From: Thermoanaerobaculia bacterium
GTDB taxonomy: Bacteria; Acidobacteriota; Thermoanaerobaculia; UBA5066
Assembly (NCBI GenBank): GCA_963816185.1
Contig: CAWFJJ010000024.1
Location: 416,001 to 480,000 of the forward strand
Direction of reading: 5' to 3'
Length of the DNA: 64,000 bases
Each line of letters begins with the position of its first letter. Positions within the stretch are counted from its first letter, which is position 1. Under the pieces are notes generated by a model. That model did not search any database, was not told where the DNA came from, and saw only the letters and a program-made list of their open reading frames with translations. A program made the position numbers and the translations under genes. This document shows, piece by piece, positions 1 to 9,483 of the stretch.

Positions 1-1400
1 AGGCGTCGGAGGACTTGCGCCTCACGTATCGCTATCTCGACCTCAGGCGTCCCGAGATGACGAAGAAGTTCATGACGCGGAGCGCCGTGACGATGGCGAT
101 CCGCGAGGTGATGCACGCCGAGGGTTTTCTCGACGTGGAGACGCCCATCCTCACGAAGTCGACGCCCGAAGGCGCGCGCGACTTCCTCGTCCCGTCGCGG
201 ATTCACGAGGGCGAGTTCTACGCCCTCCCGCAGTCGCCGCAGCTCTTCAAGCAGCTCCTGATGGTCTCGGGGATGGAGCGTTACTACCAGATCGCCCGCT
301 GCTTCCGCGACGAGGACCTCCGGGCCGACCGCCAGCCCGAGTTCACGCAGGTGGACATCGAGATGTCGTTTCCGAGCGAGGAGGCCGTCTTCACCCTCGT
401 CGAGAGGATCTTCACGAAGGTGTTCCCCGCGTGGGGGATTCCGTGCGAGGCGCCTTTTCGGCGGATGACGTACGACGAGGCGATGGAGCGCTTCGGCATC
501 GACCGGCCGGACACGCGCTTCGCCCTCGAGCTCGGAACGATATTGCGGCGCTTCGAAGAGAACCTTTCTTCGAAGGTGGAGAGAGTGAAGGGCCTGTGCG
601 TGCCGGGAGGCGCGTCGTTTTCGCGCAAGCGCCTCGACGATCTCGAAAAGGGCGCGCGGGCGGCGGGCGTCGAGTGGTTCTTCTGGGTGAAGACGGCCGC
701 CGCGGGAAGCTGGAATTCCAATTCGAAGAAAATCTTCAGCGACGCTTCGGTCGAGAAGATGCGTGCCGAGTTCGGCGCGGGAGATGGCGATCTCGTTCTT
801 CTCGCGGCAGGGAAGGCCAAGTCCGTCTTCGACTTCCTCGGCGCCCTCCGCGTCCAGATCGCGCGCGAGGAGAAGCTCGTCCCTGAGGGGCGCTACGACT
901 TCCTCTGGGTGACCGGGTTCCCGCTTCTCGAGTGGCACGAGGAGGACGCCCGCTGGTATTCGATGCACCATCCGTTCACGTCGCCGCGAGATGAGGACCT
1001 GCCGTTTCTCGAATCGGACCCCGGCCGCGTGAAGGCGCGCGCTTACGACGTCGTCTTGAACGGCATGGAGCTCGGCGGCGGGTCCGTCCGAATCCACCGG
1101 CCCGACGTGCAATCCCGCGTCTTCGAGCGGCTCGGCATCGGCCCCGAAGAAGCGCGCGCGAAGTTCGGATTCCTCCTCGATGCGTTTCGATTCGGCGCGC
1201 CGCCGCACGGGGGGATCGCGCTCGGCCTCGACCGCATCCTCATGATCCTGACGGGCTCGTCCTCGATTCGCGACGTCATCGCGTTCCCGAAGACCGCCTC
1301 CGGGTCGGATCTCATGACGCAGTGCCCGAACCCCGTGTCGCCCGAGCAGCTCGCCGAGCTGCACATCGCGCTCGCGAAGCCGCCGAAGTCCGAGGGCTGA
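1..1400 (+). CDS. aspS: Aspartate--tRNA ligase (5' end truncated by the window)
   Basis: [53 protein letters not shown] and [14 protein letters not shown] motifs. Confidence 0.97.
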   Translation, partial: ASEDLRLTYRYLDLRRPEMTKKFMTRSAVTMAIREVMHAEGFLDVETPILTKSTPEGARDFLVPSRIHEGEFYALPQSPQLFKQLLMVSGMERYYQIARCFRDEDLRADRQPEFTQVDIEMSFPSEEAVFTLVERIFTKVFPAWGIPCEAPFRRMTYDEAMERFGIDRPDTRFALELGTILRRFEENLSSKVERVKGLCVPGGASFSRKRLDDLEKGARAAGVEWFFWVKTAAAGSWNSNSKKIFSDASVEKMRAEFGAGDGDLVLLAAGKAKSVFDFLGALRVQIAREEKLVPEGRYDFLWVTGFPLLEWHEEDARWYSMHHPFTSPRDEDLPFLESDPGRVKARAYDVVLNGMELGGGSVRIHRPDVQSRVFERLGIGPEEARAKFGFLLDAFRFGAPPHGGIALGLDRILMILTGSSSIRDVIAFPKTASGSDLMTQCPNPVSPEQLAELHIALAKPPKSEG

Positions 1401-1415
1401 AGAGAATATTTCTTG

Positions 1416-1455
1416 TCTAAGAAGAGAAAAGAGAAGAGAAGATTTTCTTAGAAGG
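1416..1455. repeat. Back-to-back pair of the dispersed TTCTTAGAAG motif in the aspS-aroB spacer
   Basis: TCTAAGAAG at 1416-1424 (minus-strand copy) and TTCTTAGAAGG at 1445-1455, inside a purine-rich AT island. Confidence 0.85.
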
Positions 1456-1471
1456 GGGAGAGGGGAAGGGC

Positions 1472-2614
1472 ATGCGATTGCGGAAAGCCCGGCATCTCTC
1501 CTCCTTTTCGTTTGTCGCGGGGGGCGTCCGCACGGACGTCGTCGTTGGGCCAGGCGCGCTGCGCGGCCTCGACGCGCGCCTCGGCCGCATCGCGCCGGGT
1601 CGCTGGTTTCTCATCTCTTCTAAGAAGGTCTTTCTCCTGCATGGCCACTTGCTGTCATCTGGAGGCGTTGAGCGGGTCCTCGATCCGAAGCCCCTCCTCG
1701 TCCCCGACGGCGAGGCCGCCAAGACCTGGGACGTCCTCGGGCGCCTCCTCGAAGAGCTCGCCCGGCGCGGGCTTCGGCGGGACGGTGGCATCGTCGCGCT
1801 CGGGGGCGGAACGGTGGGGGACGTCGCGGGCTTCGCGGCGGCGCTCGCTCTGCGCGGGGTGCCCGTCGTCCAGGCTCCCACGACGCTGCTCGCGGCCACC
1901 GACAGCGCCCTCGGCGGCAAGACCGCCGTGGATCTTCCTTCCGGAAAGAACCTCGCGGGCGCATTCCATGCGGCCCGCCTCATCGTCGTCGACACGTCCA
2001 CGCTCGAGACTCTTCCGCTTCGCGCGTATCGCTCCGGCCTTGCGGAGGTCGTGAAGACCTCGATGCTCGACGCGGGATTCCATCGTGCGATGGCGCGTCT
2101 CCTGGCGCCTCTCTCCTCCCGCGAACCGGTCGCCGTCTCCGAGGCCGTGCGCCGGTCTCTGGCCGTCAAGGCGCGCTCCGTGGCGCGCGATCCGTTCGAA
2201 CGGACCGGAGAGAGGGCGGCCCTGAACCTCGGACATACCGTGGGTCACGCCCTCGAGACGGCGTCCGGGCATCGCCTCGAGCATGGGGAGGCTGTCGCCT
2301 GGGGGCTGCTCGCGGCCTTGCGCCTTTCGGTTACGCGAGCGGGGCTCTCGACGCGGATGGCCGAAGCCCTCGCCGGGCGAGTTCTCCGCCTCGTGCAGCC
2401 GCCCGGGCCCTCGGTCGCAGCGTTGCGCGGGGTCCGGGCGCTTCTTCGCTCCGACAAGAAAGCCGACCGGCTCGGCCTCAAGGCGGTCGTCCTCGCGAGG
2501 CCCGGTCGGGCCATGCTCGTGAGCGCCGACGCGTCCGAGCTCATGGAGGCGTTCGAGGCCGTTCTTGCGCGGTACAATAGCGTTGGATGGGTGTTGCCCG
2601 GGTTCCGCGCCTGA
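1472..2614 (+). CDS. aroB: 3-dehydroquinate synthase
   Basis: GEAAKT, ALGGGTVGDVAGF, PTTLLA.DSALGGKT, LNLGHTVGHALE, HGEAVA. Confidence 0.93.
   Translation: MRLRKARHLSSFSFVAGGVRTDVVVGPGALRGLDARLGRIAPGRWFLISSKKVFLLHGHLLSSGGVERVLDPKPLLVPDGEAAKTWDVLGRLLEELARRGLRRDGGIVALGGGTVGDVAGFAAALALRGVPVVQAPTTLLAATDSALGGKTAVDLPSGKNLAGAFHAARLIVVDTSTLETLPLRAYRSGLAEVVKTSMLDAGFHRAMARLLAPLSSREPVAVSEAVRRSLAVKARSVARDPFERTGERAALNLGHTVGHALETASGHRLEHGEAVAWGLLAALRLSVTRAGLSTRMAEALAGRVLRLVQPPGPSVAALRGVRALLRSDKKADRLGLKAVVLARPGRAMLVSADASELMEAFEAVLARYNSVGWVLPGFRA
1617..1627 (-). repeat. Dispersed motif copy inside aroB
   Basis: CTTCTAAGAAG, read as S-S-K-K. Confidence 0.8.
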
Positions 2615-4314
2615 GGATCGTGACCGCTCTGCTCGCAGCGCTGATCCTCGTGTCGATCGTTCCCCTCGCCTTGCTGCATTTCAACCTCATCCGGATCAAT
2701 CGGGACGCTCTCGAAACAGCCGAGAAGAAGGACCTGAAGAACAGCTCGGTGATGCTCGCCGACAGCTTCGCCACCTACATCACGAACGCCCAGTCGCAGC
2801 TCAAGAAGATCGCGGACGGCATCCGTCTCGCGAGCTCGATGTCCACGGATCCTTTCTTCTATCTCTCGAAAAAGCAGCTCTTGCGTGAATATGCGGACAC
2901 CGAGTCGAGCTTCCCGGTCCTGCGCGCCCTCGATCGCGACGGCGTCGCGTCGTCCGATTCCACGCCGCCCGATCCGGACGTGGAACGCCCGCTCAGCCAG
3001 GCCTACAACGCCGCGATGCGCGGAGATACGTACGTCGCCGACCCGATCTTTCCCCGGTCCCTTCCGAACGGCGCGCTCGTTCTCGCGGTCCCCGTTCGGC
3101 CCTCGGAAGGCCAGGAGCCGATCGGCGTCGTCGAGGCCCTGCTGTCGCTCAAGTTCATCAAGGCGAAGCTCGACGAGGCGGGACAGAGCGGCGTCCTGGC
3201 GTATGTCGTCGACCGGTCGGGCACGCTCATCCTGTCGAGCGACGCCTCGGCCTTCCGTTCGAAGGACGTACACAATCTCGACCTCGTGAGCGAGTTCATC
3301 GCGCACCCCGTCCGAATCACGAAATCGTACATGCGGGGCGAGGGCAAGACGGCGCATCGCGTCCTCGGCACGCTCGCGACGATGCCGACGCCGGACTGGG
3401 GCGTCATCGTGGAGAAGGACGAGGCGCAGGCCTACGCGTCGGTCGCGCAGATGCAGAAGGCATCCTCTCTTCTCGCAGTGTTCTCGCTCCTGTTCGCCGG
3501 CGTCGTCGCGCTGGTGGCCGCGCGGCTGCTCGCACACCCGCTCGTCGAGCTCGTCGCGAAGGTGCGGTCGATCGCGGAGGGCAACTTCAAGCAGCGGGTC
3601 GAAGTCCGCGGCGCACGCGAGCTCGCGGAATTGTCCGAGACGTTCAACTCCATGTCCGACTCGATCGAAAAGTCGGTCGACAGGCTGAAACGCGCGGCGA
3701 AAGAGAACCAGGAGCTTTTCATCAACTCCGTGCGTACGCTCGCAGCCGCGATCGACGCGAAGGACCCGTATACGCGCGGCCACTCGGAGCGGGTCGCCCG
3801 GTATGCCGTCGTCCTCGCGCGCCACATGGACCTCTCCCCGGAGGAGGTGCGGGTGGTGCGCTTGTCCGCGCTTCTCCACGACGTGGGCAAGATCGGCATC
3901 GACGACCGCATCCTGAGGAAGCCCACGGCTCTCACGAGCGAGGAATTCGAGATCATGAAGACGCACCCGGCCAAGGGCGCGGTTATCATGGGCCAGATTC
4001 CGCAGCTCAAGGACGTCATCCCGGGCATCAAACATCATCACGAGAAGTGGGCGGGCGGGGGCTACCCGGACGGTTTGAAGGGGGAGGGCATCCCGCTCGT
4101 CGCGCGTGTCGTGGCCGTGGCGGACACGTTCGACGCCATGACGACGACGCGTCCCTATCAGAAGGCCATGCCGCTCACCTACGTCATCACCCAGATCATC
4201 TCCTTCGCGGGAAAATCGTTCGACCCGGCCGTGATCGCCGCCCTCGACAAGGCGTGGAATTCAGGCGACTTCGAGTTCCTCGGAGAAGAGGTACCGCTGA
4301 AGGCCTCGGCGTGA
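2587..4314 (+). CDS. Membrane HD-GYP phosphodiesterase with a Cache-like sensor and a HAMP domain
   Basis: Two TM helices, HAMP (ELAELSETFNSM), DAKDPYTRGHSERV, LHDVGKIG, HHEKWAGGGYPDGL, VADTFDAMTTTRPY. Confidence 0.92.
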   Translation: MGVARVPRLRIVTALLAALILVSIVPLALLHFNLIRINRDALETAEKKDLKNSSVMLADSFATYITNAQSQLKKIADGIRLASSMSTDPFFYLSKKQLLREYADTESSFPVLRALDRDGVASSDSTPPDPDVERPLSQAYNAAMRGDTYVADPIFPRSLPNGALVLAVPVRPSEGQEPIGVVEALLSLKFIKAKLDEAGQSGVLAYVVDRSGTLILSSDASAFRSKDVHNLDLVSEFIAHPVRITKSYMRGEGKTAHRVLGTLATMPTPDWGVIVEKDEAQAYASVAQMQKASSLLAVFSLLFAGVVALVAARLLAHPLVELVAKVRSIAEGNFKQRVEVRGARELAELSETFNSMSDSIEKSVDRLKRAAKENQELFINSVRTLAAAIDAKDPYTRGHSERVARYAVVLARHMDLSPEEVRVVRLSALLHDVGKIGIDDRILRKPTALTSEEFEIMKTHPAKGAVIMGQIPQLKDVIPGIKHHHEKWAGGGYPDGLKGEGIPLVARVVAVADTFDAMTTTRPYQKAMPLTYVITQIISFAGKSFDPAVIAALDKAWNSGDFEFLGEEVPLKASA

Positions 4315-5114
4315 GGACGCGGAGCGTCCGGCCCGCCTGTCTCGCCGCGGCGGTTCTGCTCGCGCTCTTTGCCGGCCTCGGTGGATGCGGGAGCGCCTCT
4401 TCGCCTCCGAAGGAGAACCCCGGCCTCGCCGACCTCGTCGACTATCGGGCCGGGCTTTCCATGCTGCGGGAAGGCCGCGCGGACGAGGCCATTCAGATCC
4501 TCCTCAGGGCGCGTACGAGCTCGCCCCGGGATCCGCACGTTCCGAACGCGCTCGGGCTCGCCCTTCTTTTCAAGAAGGACTACCCGGGCGCGCTCAAGGC
4601 GTTCTCGGACGCGCTCTCCCTCGACGCCACGTTCGTCGAAGCGCGGAACAACCGGGGGGTCGCACAGATGGAGGCGGGCCACTACGCGGAAGCCGAGGTC
4701 GACTTTCAGGCGGTCCTCGACGGCCCTCCGACGCCGGAGAAAGCGAATGCGCACTACAACCTCGGCCTCCTGTACCGCAGGCGCGAGGCCTGGCGCGACG
4801 CCGAACGCGAATTCTCGCTTACTCTCGCCGACTCACCCGACAATGACCGGGCGTTTCGAGAACGGGGGCTCGCGCGCATGAAGCTCGACAAGCTCGATGG
4901 CGCGCTCGAGGATTTTCTCTCCGTCCTCAAGAACGAACCGCAGGATCCGGTCTCGAACTACCAGGCCGCGCTGTGTCTCTTGTCGAGCGGACGGCGCGAT
5001 CTCGCGATCCGCTACATGCAGCGCACGGTCAATGCCGCGCCCGAGAGTGACGAAGGACGGCGCGCACGCCGCTTCCTCGCAAACGAGCCAGCGACTCCGG
5101 AGACCAACCGATGA
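4311..5114 (+). CDS. TPR lipoprotein, PilF/PilW/Tgl-like
   Basis: GTG start overlapping the upstream stop, lipobox LGGC, tandem TPRs (NALGLAL, ARNNRGVA, AHYNLGLLY). Confidence 0.75.
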   Translation: MRTRSVRPACLAAAVLLALFAGLGGCGSASSPPKENPGLADLVDYRAGLSMLREGRADEAIQILLRARTSSPRDPHVPNALGLALLFKKDYPGALKAFSDALSLDATFVEARNNRGVAQMEAGHYAEAEVDFQAVLDGPPTPEKANAHYNLGLLYRRREAWRDAEREFSLTLADSPDNDRAFRERGLARMKLDKLDGALEDFLSVLKNEPQDPVSNYQAALCLLSSGRRDLAIRYMQRTVNAAPESDEGRRARRFLANEPATPETNR

Positions 5115-5461
5115 GGTTCGCAGATGCGCTCGAAGACCTTCTGGACGCTCCGGGCGCCTTGGGCGCCGCCTTCATCGATCCGCAGGGCGAGGTCATCGCA
5201 CGCGTGGGTGCCAAGAGCGCGACGGAAGTTCTCGGCGCCTACCAGTCCGTCTGGCTGGGTGAGCTCCGCCGCGCGGCCGAGCGCTCGGGCCTCGGCGAGA
5301 TTTCCAATCTCTCGTTCCGGTTCGCGAACCGACGGATTCTCACGAGTCACGTGAAAGCGGGCTACTTCGTCCTCGTCGTCTTCGACGAAGGCGGCCAGCC
5401 GCACGCGGCGCGCCCGCGGCTCGACGAGGCCGGCGCGCGTCTCGTCTCCGAGATCTCGTGA
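5111..5461 (+). CDS. Roadblock/LC7 (MglB-like) domain protein
   Basis: 116 aa; PGALGAAFIDPQGEVIA and GYFVLVVFD patterns typical of Roadblock/LC7. Confidence 0.75.
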   Translation: MRFADALEDLLDAPGALGAAFIDPQGEVIARVGAKSATEVLGAYQSVWLGELRRAAERSGLGEISNLSFRFANRRILTSHVKAGYFVLVVFDEGGQPHAARPRLDEAGARLVSEIS

Positions 5462-5490
5462 GCCGCGCGTCCTGCTAGTCTCGGAGGTCG

Positions 5491-6423
5491 ATGGCGAACG
5501 GCGAGCGCGACCCGTCCTCTGTCCTCGCCCGCCTGAAGCGCGGGCTCTTCATGACCCACACGGAGCTCCTCGCGAAGGTGGGGGGCGCGATCCGGGCGAC
5601 GTTCGAACCGGATCCCGCGGCGCTCCACGCGCTGGAAGAGGGGCTCCTTGCGGCCGACGTGGGTCCTCAGACGGCGGAGGAGCTCGTCGCGGCCGTGAAG
5701 GCCGAAGCCGGACGGCGCGACGCCGCCGAGGAGGACGTCGTCAGGCGCGTTCTGAGGGCCGAGGTGGAGAAGAGGCTCTCCATCCGCGGGCCCGATCTCG
5801 TGCCGGGATCGCCCCACGTGGTTCTCCTCGTCGGCGTGAACGGCACGGGCAAGACGACGACGGCCGCCAAGCTCGCCGCGCGCGCCGTGGCCGCGAAGAA
5901 GTCGGTCGTCCTCGCCGCGGCGGACACGTTCCGCGCCGCGGCGGTGGAGCAACTCGAGGTGTGGGCCTCGCGGCTGAACGTACCCCTCGTGAAGCACAAG
6001 GCCGGGTCCGATCCGGCCGCCGTCGTCCACGACGCGTGCGCGGTCGCGCTCGCGCGAAAGGCCGACTTGCTTCTCGTGGACACCGCCGGACGCCTCCACA
6101 CGAAGCACAACCTCATGGAGGAGCTCTCCAAGATCCGCCGCATCGCCGCGCGCAGCATTCCGGGGGCGCCGCACGAGGTTCTCCTCGTCCTCGACGCCGT
6201 GACGGGAATGAACGGGATCGCCCAGGCCCGCGAGTTCACGAGGTCGGTCGGCGTGACCGGTCTCGTGCTCACGAAGATGGACGGAACGGCGAAGGGCGGC
6301 GTGATCCTGGCGATCGTGCGCGAGCTCGCGTTGCCGGTCCGATACGTGGGCGTGGGCGAGACGGCGGACGACCTTCTCGACTTCGATGCGGCGGCGTTCG
6401 CCGGGGCGCTCGTGGATGATTGA
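5491..6423 (+). CDS. ftsY: Signal recognition particle receptor FtsY
   Basis: GVNGTGKTTT, DTFRAAA, DTAGRLHTK, TKMDGTAKGG. Confidence 0.97.
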   Translation: MANGERDPSSVLARLKRGLFMTHTELLAKVGGAIRATFEPDPAALHALEEGLLAADVGPQTAEELVAAVKAEAGRRDAAEEDVVRRVLRAEVEKRLSIRGPDLVPGSPHVVLLVGVNGTGKTTTAAKLAARAVAAKKSVVLAAADTFRAAAVEQLEVWASRLNVPLVKHKAGSDPAAVVHDACAVALARKADLLLVDTAGRLHTKHNLMEELSKIRRIAARSIPGAPHEVLLVLDAVTGMNGIAQAREFTRSVGVTGLVLTKMDGTAKGGVILAIVRELALPVRYVGVGETADDLLDFDAAAFAGALVDD

Positions 6424-7543
6424 AACGTCGCCTCTCGACGTTCTCTGGCGGCGCGTCTTCGAGCTCGCCGAACGCGGGCGGTTTTCGACGTCTCCGAATC
6501 CGCGCGTCGGGGCCGTCCTCGTCGACGCGAGCGGGACGGTGGTCGGGGAGGGCGCTCACGAGCGCGCCGGCGGCCCGCACGCCGAGGCCGTCGCTCTCGC
6601 GGCCGCGGGAGCGCGCGCGAAGGGCGCGACGCTGCTCGTCAACCTCGAGCCCTGCTCTCATTTCGGCCGCACGCCTCCCTGCACGGAGGCGCTGCTCGCC
6701 GCGGGGGTGTCGCGCGTCGTTTGCTCGATCGAGGATCCCGACTCGCGGACCGCGGGACGCGGAATCCGCCGCCTCAGAGAGCGGGGCGTCGACGTGCTGG
6801 TCGGAGCGTTCGCGGACGAAGCCGAGGCGCTGAACGAGGCGTTCCTGAAGTCCATTCGCGCCCGCCGTCCGTTCGTCCACCTGAAGTGGGCGGCGTCGCT
6901 GGACGGACGGACCGCGACGCGGAGCGGCGACTCGAAGTGGATCACCGGCCCGGCGGCGCGCGAGGATTCCTTGCGCCTCCGCGAGGAGTGCGATGCGATC
7001 CTCGTCGGCGCGCTCACGATCCTCGCGGACGACCCTCTCCTCACCCGCCGCCTGGCTCTTTCCTCGGCCATCTCTCCGCATCGCCGGCTCGTACTCGACG
7101 GCTCTCTCCGCGTGCCGGCCACGGCCCGCGTCTTCTCCGCGGCGGGAGGCGAGATCTGGCTGGTCACGGCGGTGCCCGCCGGCGATCCGCGCCTCGCGCC
7201 ATTCCTCGAGCGCGGCGTTCAGGTCTTCTCGAGGCCCGGGCCCGCGGGAGGCGTGGACTTGGGCGCTCTCCTGAGCGCGCTCCACGCCCTCGAGGTGCGC
7301 TCAGTGCTCGTCGAGGGCGGGGGTGTGACGGCCGCGTCGTTCCTGAAGGCGGGTCTCGTCGACCGCGTGACCGCCTACGTCGCGCCGCTTCTCGTGGGTG
7401 GCGCCGGCGCGCGCTCCCCCCTCGCGGGCGAGGGCGCGTACCGACTCGGAGACGCCTGCCGCCTCGCCAGCCTCGAAGCTGTCCGGATCGGATCCGACTT
7501 GCGCCTGTCGGCGCGAATCCTGCCGGGCTCGGCCGTCGGGTAG
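6416..7543 (+). CDS. ribD: Riboflavin biosynthesis deaminase/reductase
   Basis: SPNPRVG, HAE, NLEPCSHFGRTPPC, KWAASLDG, VLVEGG. Confidence 0.96.
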   Translation: MIETSPLDVLWRRVFELAERGRFSTSPNPRVGAVLVDASGTVVGEGAHERAGGPHAEAVALAAAGARAKGATLLVNLEPCSHFGRTPPCTEALLAAGVSRVVCSIEDPDSRTAGRGIRRLRERGVDVLVGAFADEAEALNEAFLKSIRARRPFVHLKWAASLDGRTATRSGDSKWITGPAAREDSLRLREECDAILVGALTILADDPLLTRRLALSSAISPHRRLVLDGSLRVPATARVFSAAGGEIWLVTAVPAGDPRLAPFLERGVQVFSRPGPAGGVDLGALLSALHALEVRSVLVEGGGVTAASFLKAGLVDRVTAYVAPLLVGGAGARSPLAGEGAYRLGDACRLASLEAVRIGSDLRLSARILPGSAVG

Positions 7544-7552
7544 GATCGCGAA

Positions 7553-8224
7553 ATGTTCACCGGCCTCATTTCCGCCGTGACCCGCGTCGTGTCCCTCAGG
7601 GCCGGCGCGGAAGGCGCGATCCTCGCGGTCGAGCGCCCGACGGCCTTCGAAGACGTGGCCGTCGGTGAGAGCATCGCCGTCTCCGGGGTCTGCCTGACGG
7701 TCGTATCTCCGGCTCCCGGCCGGGTGCTCTTCTTCGACCTCTCGCCCGAGACGCTCGCACGCTCGGCTTTCGGGGACCTGGGCCCGGGCGTGGGCGTGAA
7801 CCTCGAGCGCTCGCTGGCCGCGGGCGACCGCCTCGGCGGCCACATCGTCGCGGGGCACGTGGACGGCACCGCCGAAGTGCTCGCTGTCGAGAAGTCCGGC
7901 GACTCGTGGACCTTCCGGTTTTCGCTCCCGGCCCCCCTCGCGCGTTACACCGTCGAAAAAGGCTCGATCGCCGTGGACGGGGTCTCGCTCACCGTGGCGA
8001 CGCTCGGAGAGGACTCGTTCGACGTAGCCGTCGTTCCGCACACGTTCAGGTCCACGACTCTCGGAGCGAAGAAACCCGGCGACCGCGTGAACATCGAGGT
8101 GGACGTCCTCGGAAAGTACGTCGAGCGACTCCTGGCGGCGCGGCTCGGCGAGACGCGCGATGCCGCTGAAGCGCAAGGCGCGCGGGACGAGCGCCTGCGC
8201 GGCCTCCTGACCGAAGGCTCGTGA
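7553..8224 (+). CDS. ribE: Riboflavin synthase (alpha chain)
   Basis: MFTGLI N-terminus, SIAVSGVCLT, VNLERSL, GGHIVAGHVD, KGSIAVDGVSLT. Confidence 0.96.
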   Translation: MFTGLISAVTRVVSLRAGAEGAILAVERPTAFEDVAVGESIAVSGVCLTVVSPAPGRVLFFDLSPETLARSAFGDLGPGVGVNLERSLAAGDRLGGHIVAGHVDGTAEVLAVEKSGDSWTFRFSLPAPLARYTVEKGSIAVDGVSLTVATLGEDSFDVAVVPHTFRSTTLGAKKPGDRVNIEVDVLGKYVERLLAARLGETRDAAEAQGARDERLRGLLTEGS

Positions 8225-9466
8225 CGGCAGACGGCCTCCCGCGGGGCGCAACCGGTGCGCCCGGCGCGTACGTCCACGTGCCTTTCTGCGCGCATCGCTG
8301 CGCGTACTGCTCGTTCGTCGCGCTCGAGGGGAGAAGAGAAGAAGAAGATTTCTTCGAAGGCCTGGAGAGGGAAATTCGCGCGAGGGCGGGCGAGGCCGTG
8401 CGTGGCGCCGCCCGCGCGATTCGCGGTTTTGATTCCGTTTACTTCGGCGGCGGCACCCCTTCGTACGTCGACGCGCGTCGGCTCGGCCGCCTGCTCGGGA
8501 CCTTCGAAGAAATCTTCGGATCTCTCTTCGGACGTCGAAATCACGGCCGAGGCCAACCCGGACGACCTCGACGCGGACAAGCTTTCCGCTCTTTCGTCGA
8601 TCGGCGTGAACCGCCTTTCCATCGGTGTGCAGTCGCTCGTGGACGCGGAGCTTCTTCCGCTCGAGCGGCGGCACGATGCCGCCGCCGCGCGCCGCGCCGT
8701 GTCGGAGGCCGCACGCGCTTTCGGGAACGTCTCGGCCGACCTGATGATCGGCATTCCGGGGCAGACGAAGGAGACTCTGCTTGCGAGCGTCGACGGGCTC
8801 CTCGAAGCTGGCGTGACGCACCTTTCCGCCTATCTTCTCGAGATCGAGAAGGCGCCGAAGCTCGTGGCGCTGAAGAAGGAGCGGCCGGAGCTCTTCGCCG
8901 GCGACGACGAAATGGCGGACGGGTGGGAAGCCGTGGACGAGCGCGTGACGGCGGCCGGCCTGCAACGCTACGAGATGTCGAACTGGGCGAAGCCGGGCTT
9001 CGAGAGCCGGCACAACCTCAAGTACTGGACGCTCGTCCCCGTCCTGGGCTTCGGCGTCGCGGCACATTCGTTCGACGGCATGAAGCGGTACGCGAACACG
9101 GGGATGCTGGCCGAATACCTCCGGCGCACGCGAGAAGGCGTCTCGCCCGTCGCGACCTCCGAAGAGCACCAGGAAGATCTTCTTAGAAGGGAAGAGGGGC
9201 CTGCGTTCGGCCGGAGCCTTATGAGCAAGGTCCCCGCTGGCCACGATCTTCCCAGAAGGAAAGAGGAACTCATGCTGGGGCTTCGGCTCGCATGCGGCGT
9301 CCCCTCTTCCTCATTCGAAGAAATTTGCAGAACCTTGCCCAGAGCATCGGCCTCACGGATGGAGGACGCGCTCTTCGCCGGACTCCTCGAAAAACACTCT
9401 GGCTGCGTCCGCTTCACGCGCCGCGGCGTGATGTTGTCGAACGAGGTGTTTTCGCTCCTCGTCTAG
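8221..9466 (+). CDS. hemW: Radical SAM heme chaperone HemW (HemN-like); apparent frameshift near 8520
   Basis: YVHVPFCAHRCAYC and YFGGGTPS in one frame; EITAEANP, NRLSIGVQS, YEMSNW, HNLKYW in the other; the frames join at about 8515-8530. Confidence 0.88.
9176..9266 (+). repeat. 22-bp imperfect direct repeat containing the dispersed motif, bracketing an in-frame insertion in hemW
   Basis: GATCTTCTTAGAAGGGAAGAGG (9176-9197) and GATCTTCCCAGAAGGAAAGAGG (9245-9266), 69 bp apart. Confidence 0.8.
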
Positions 9467-9483
9467 CGGCGTTTCGCCGAACG

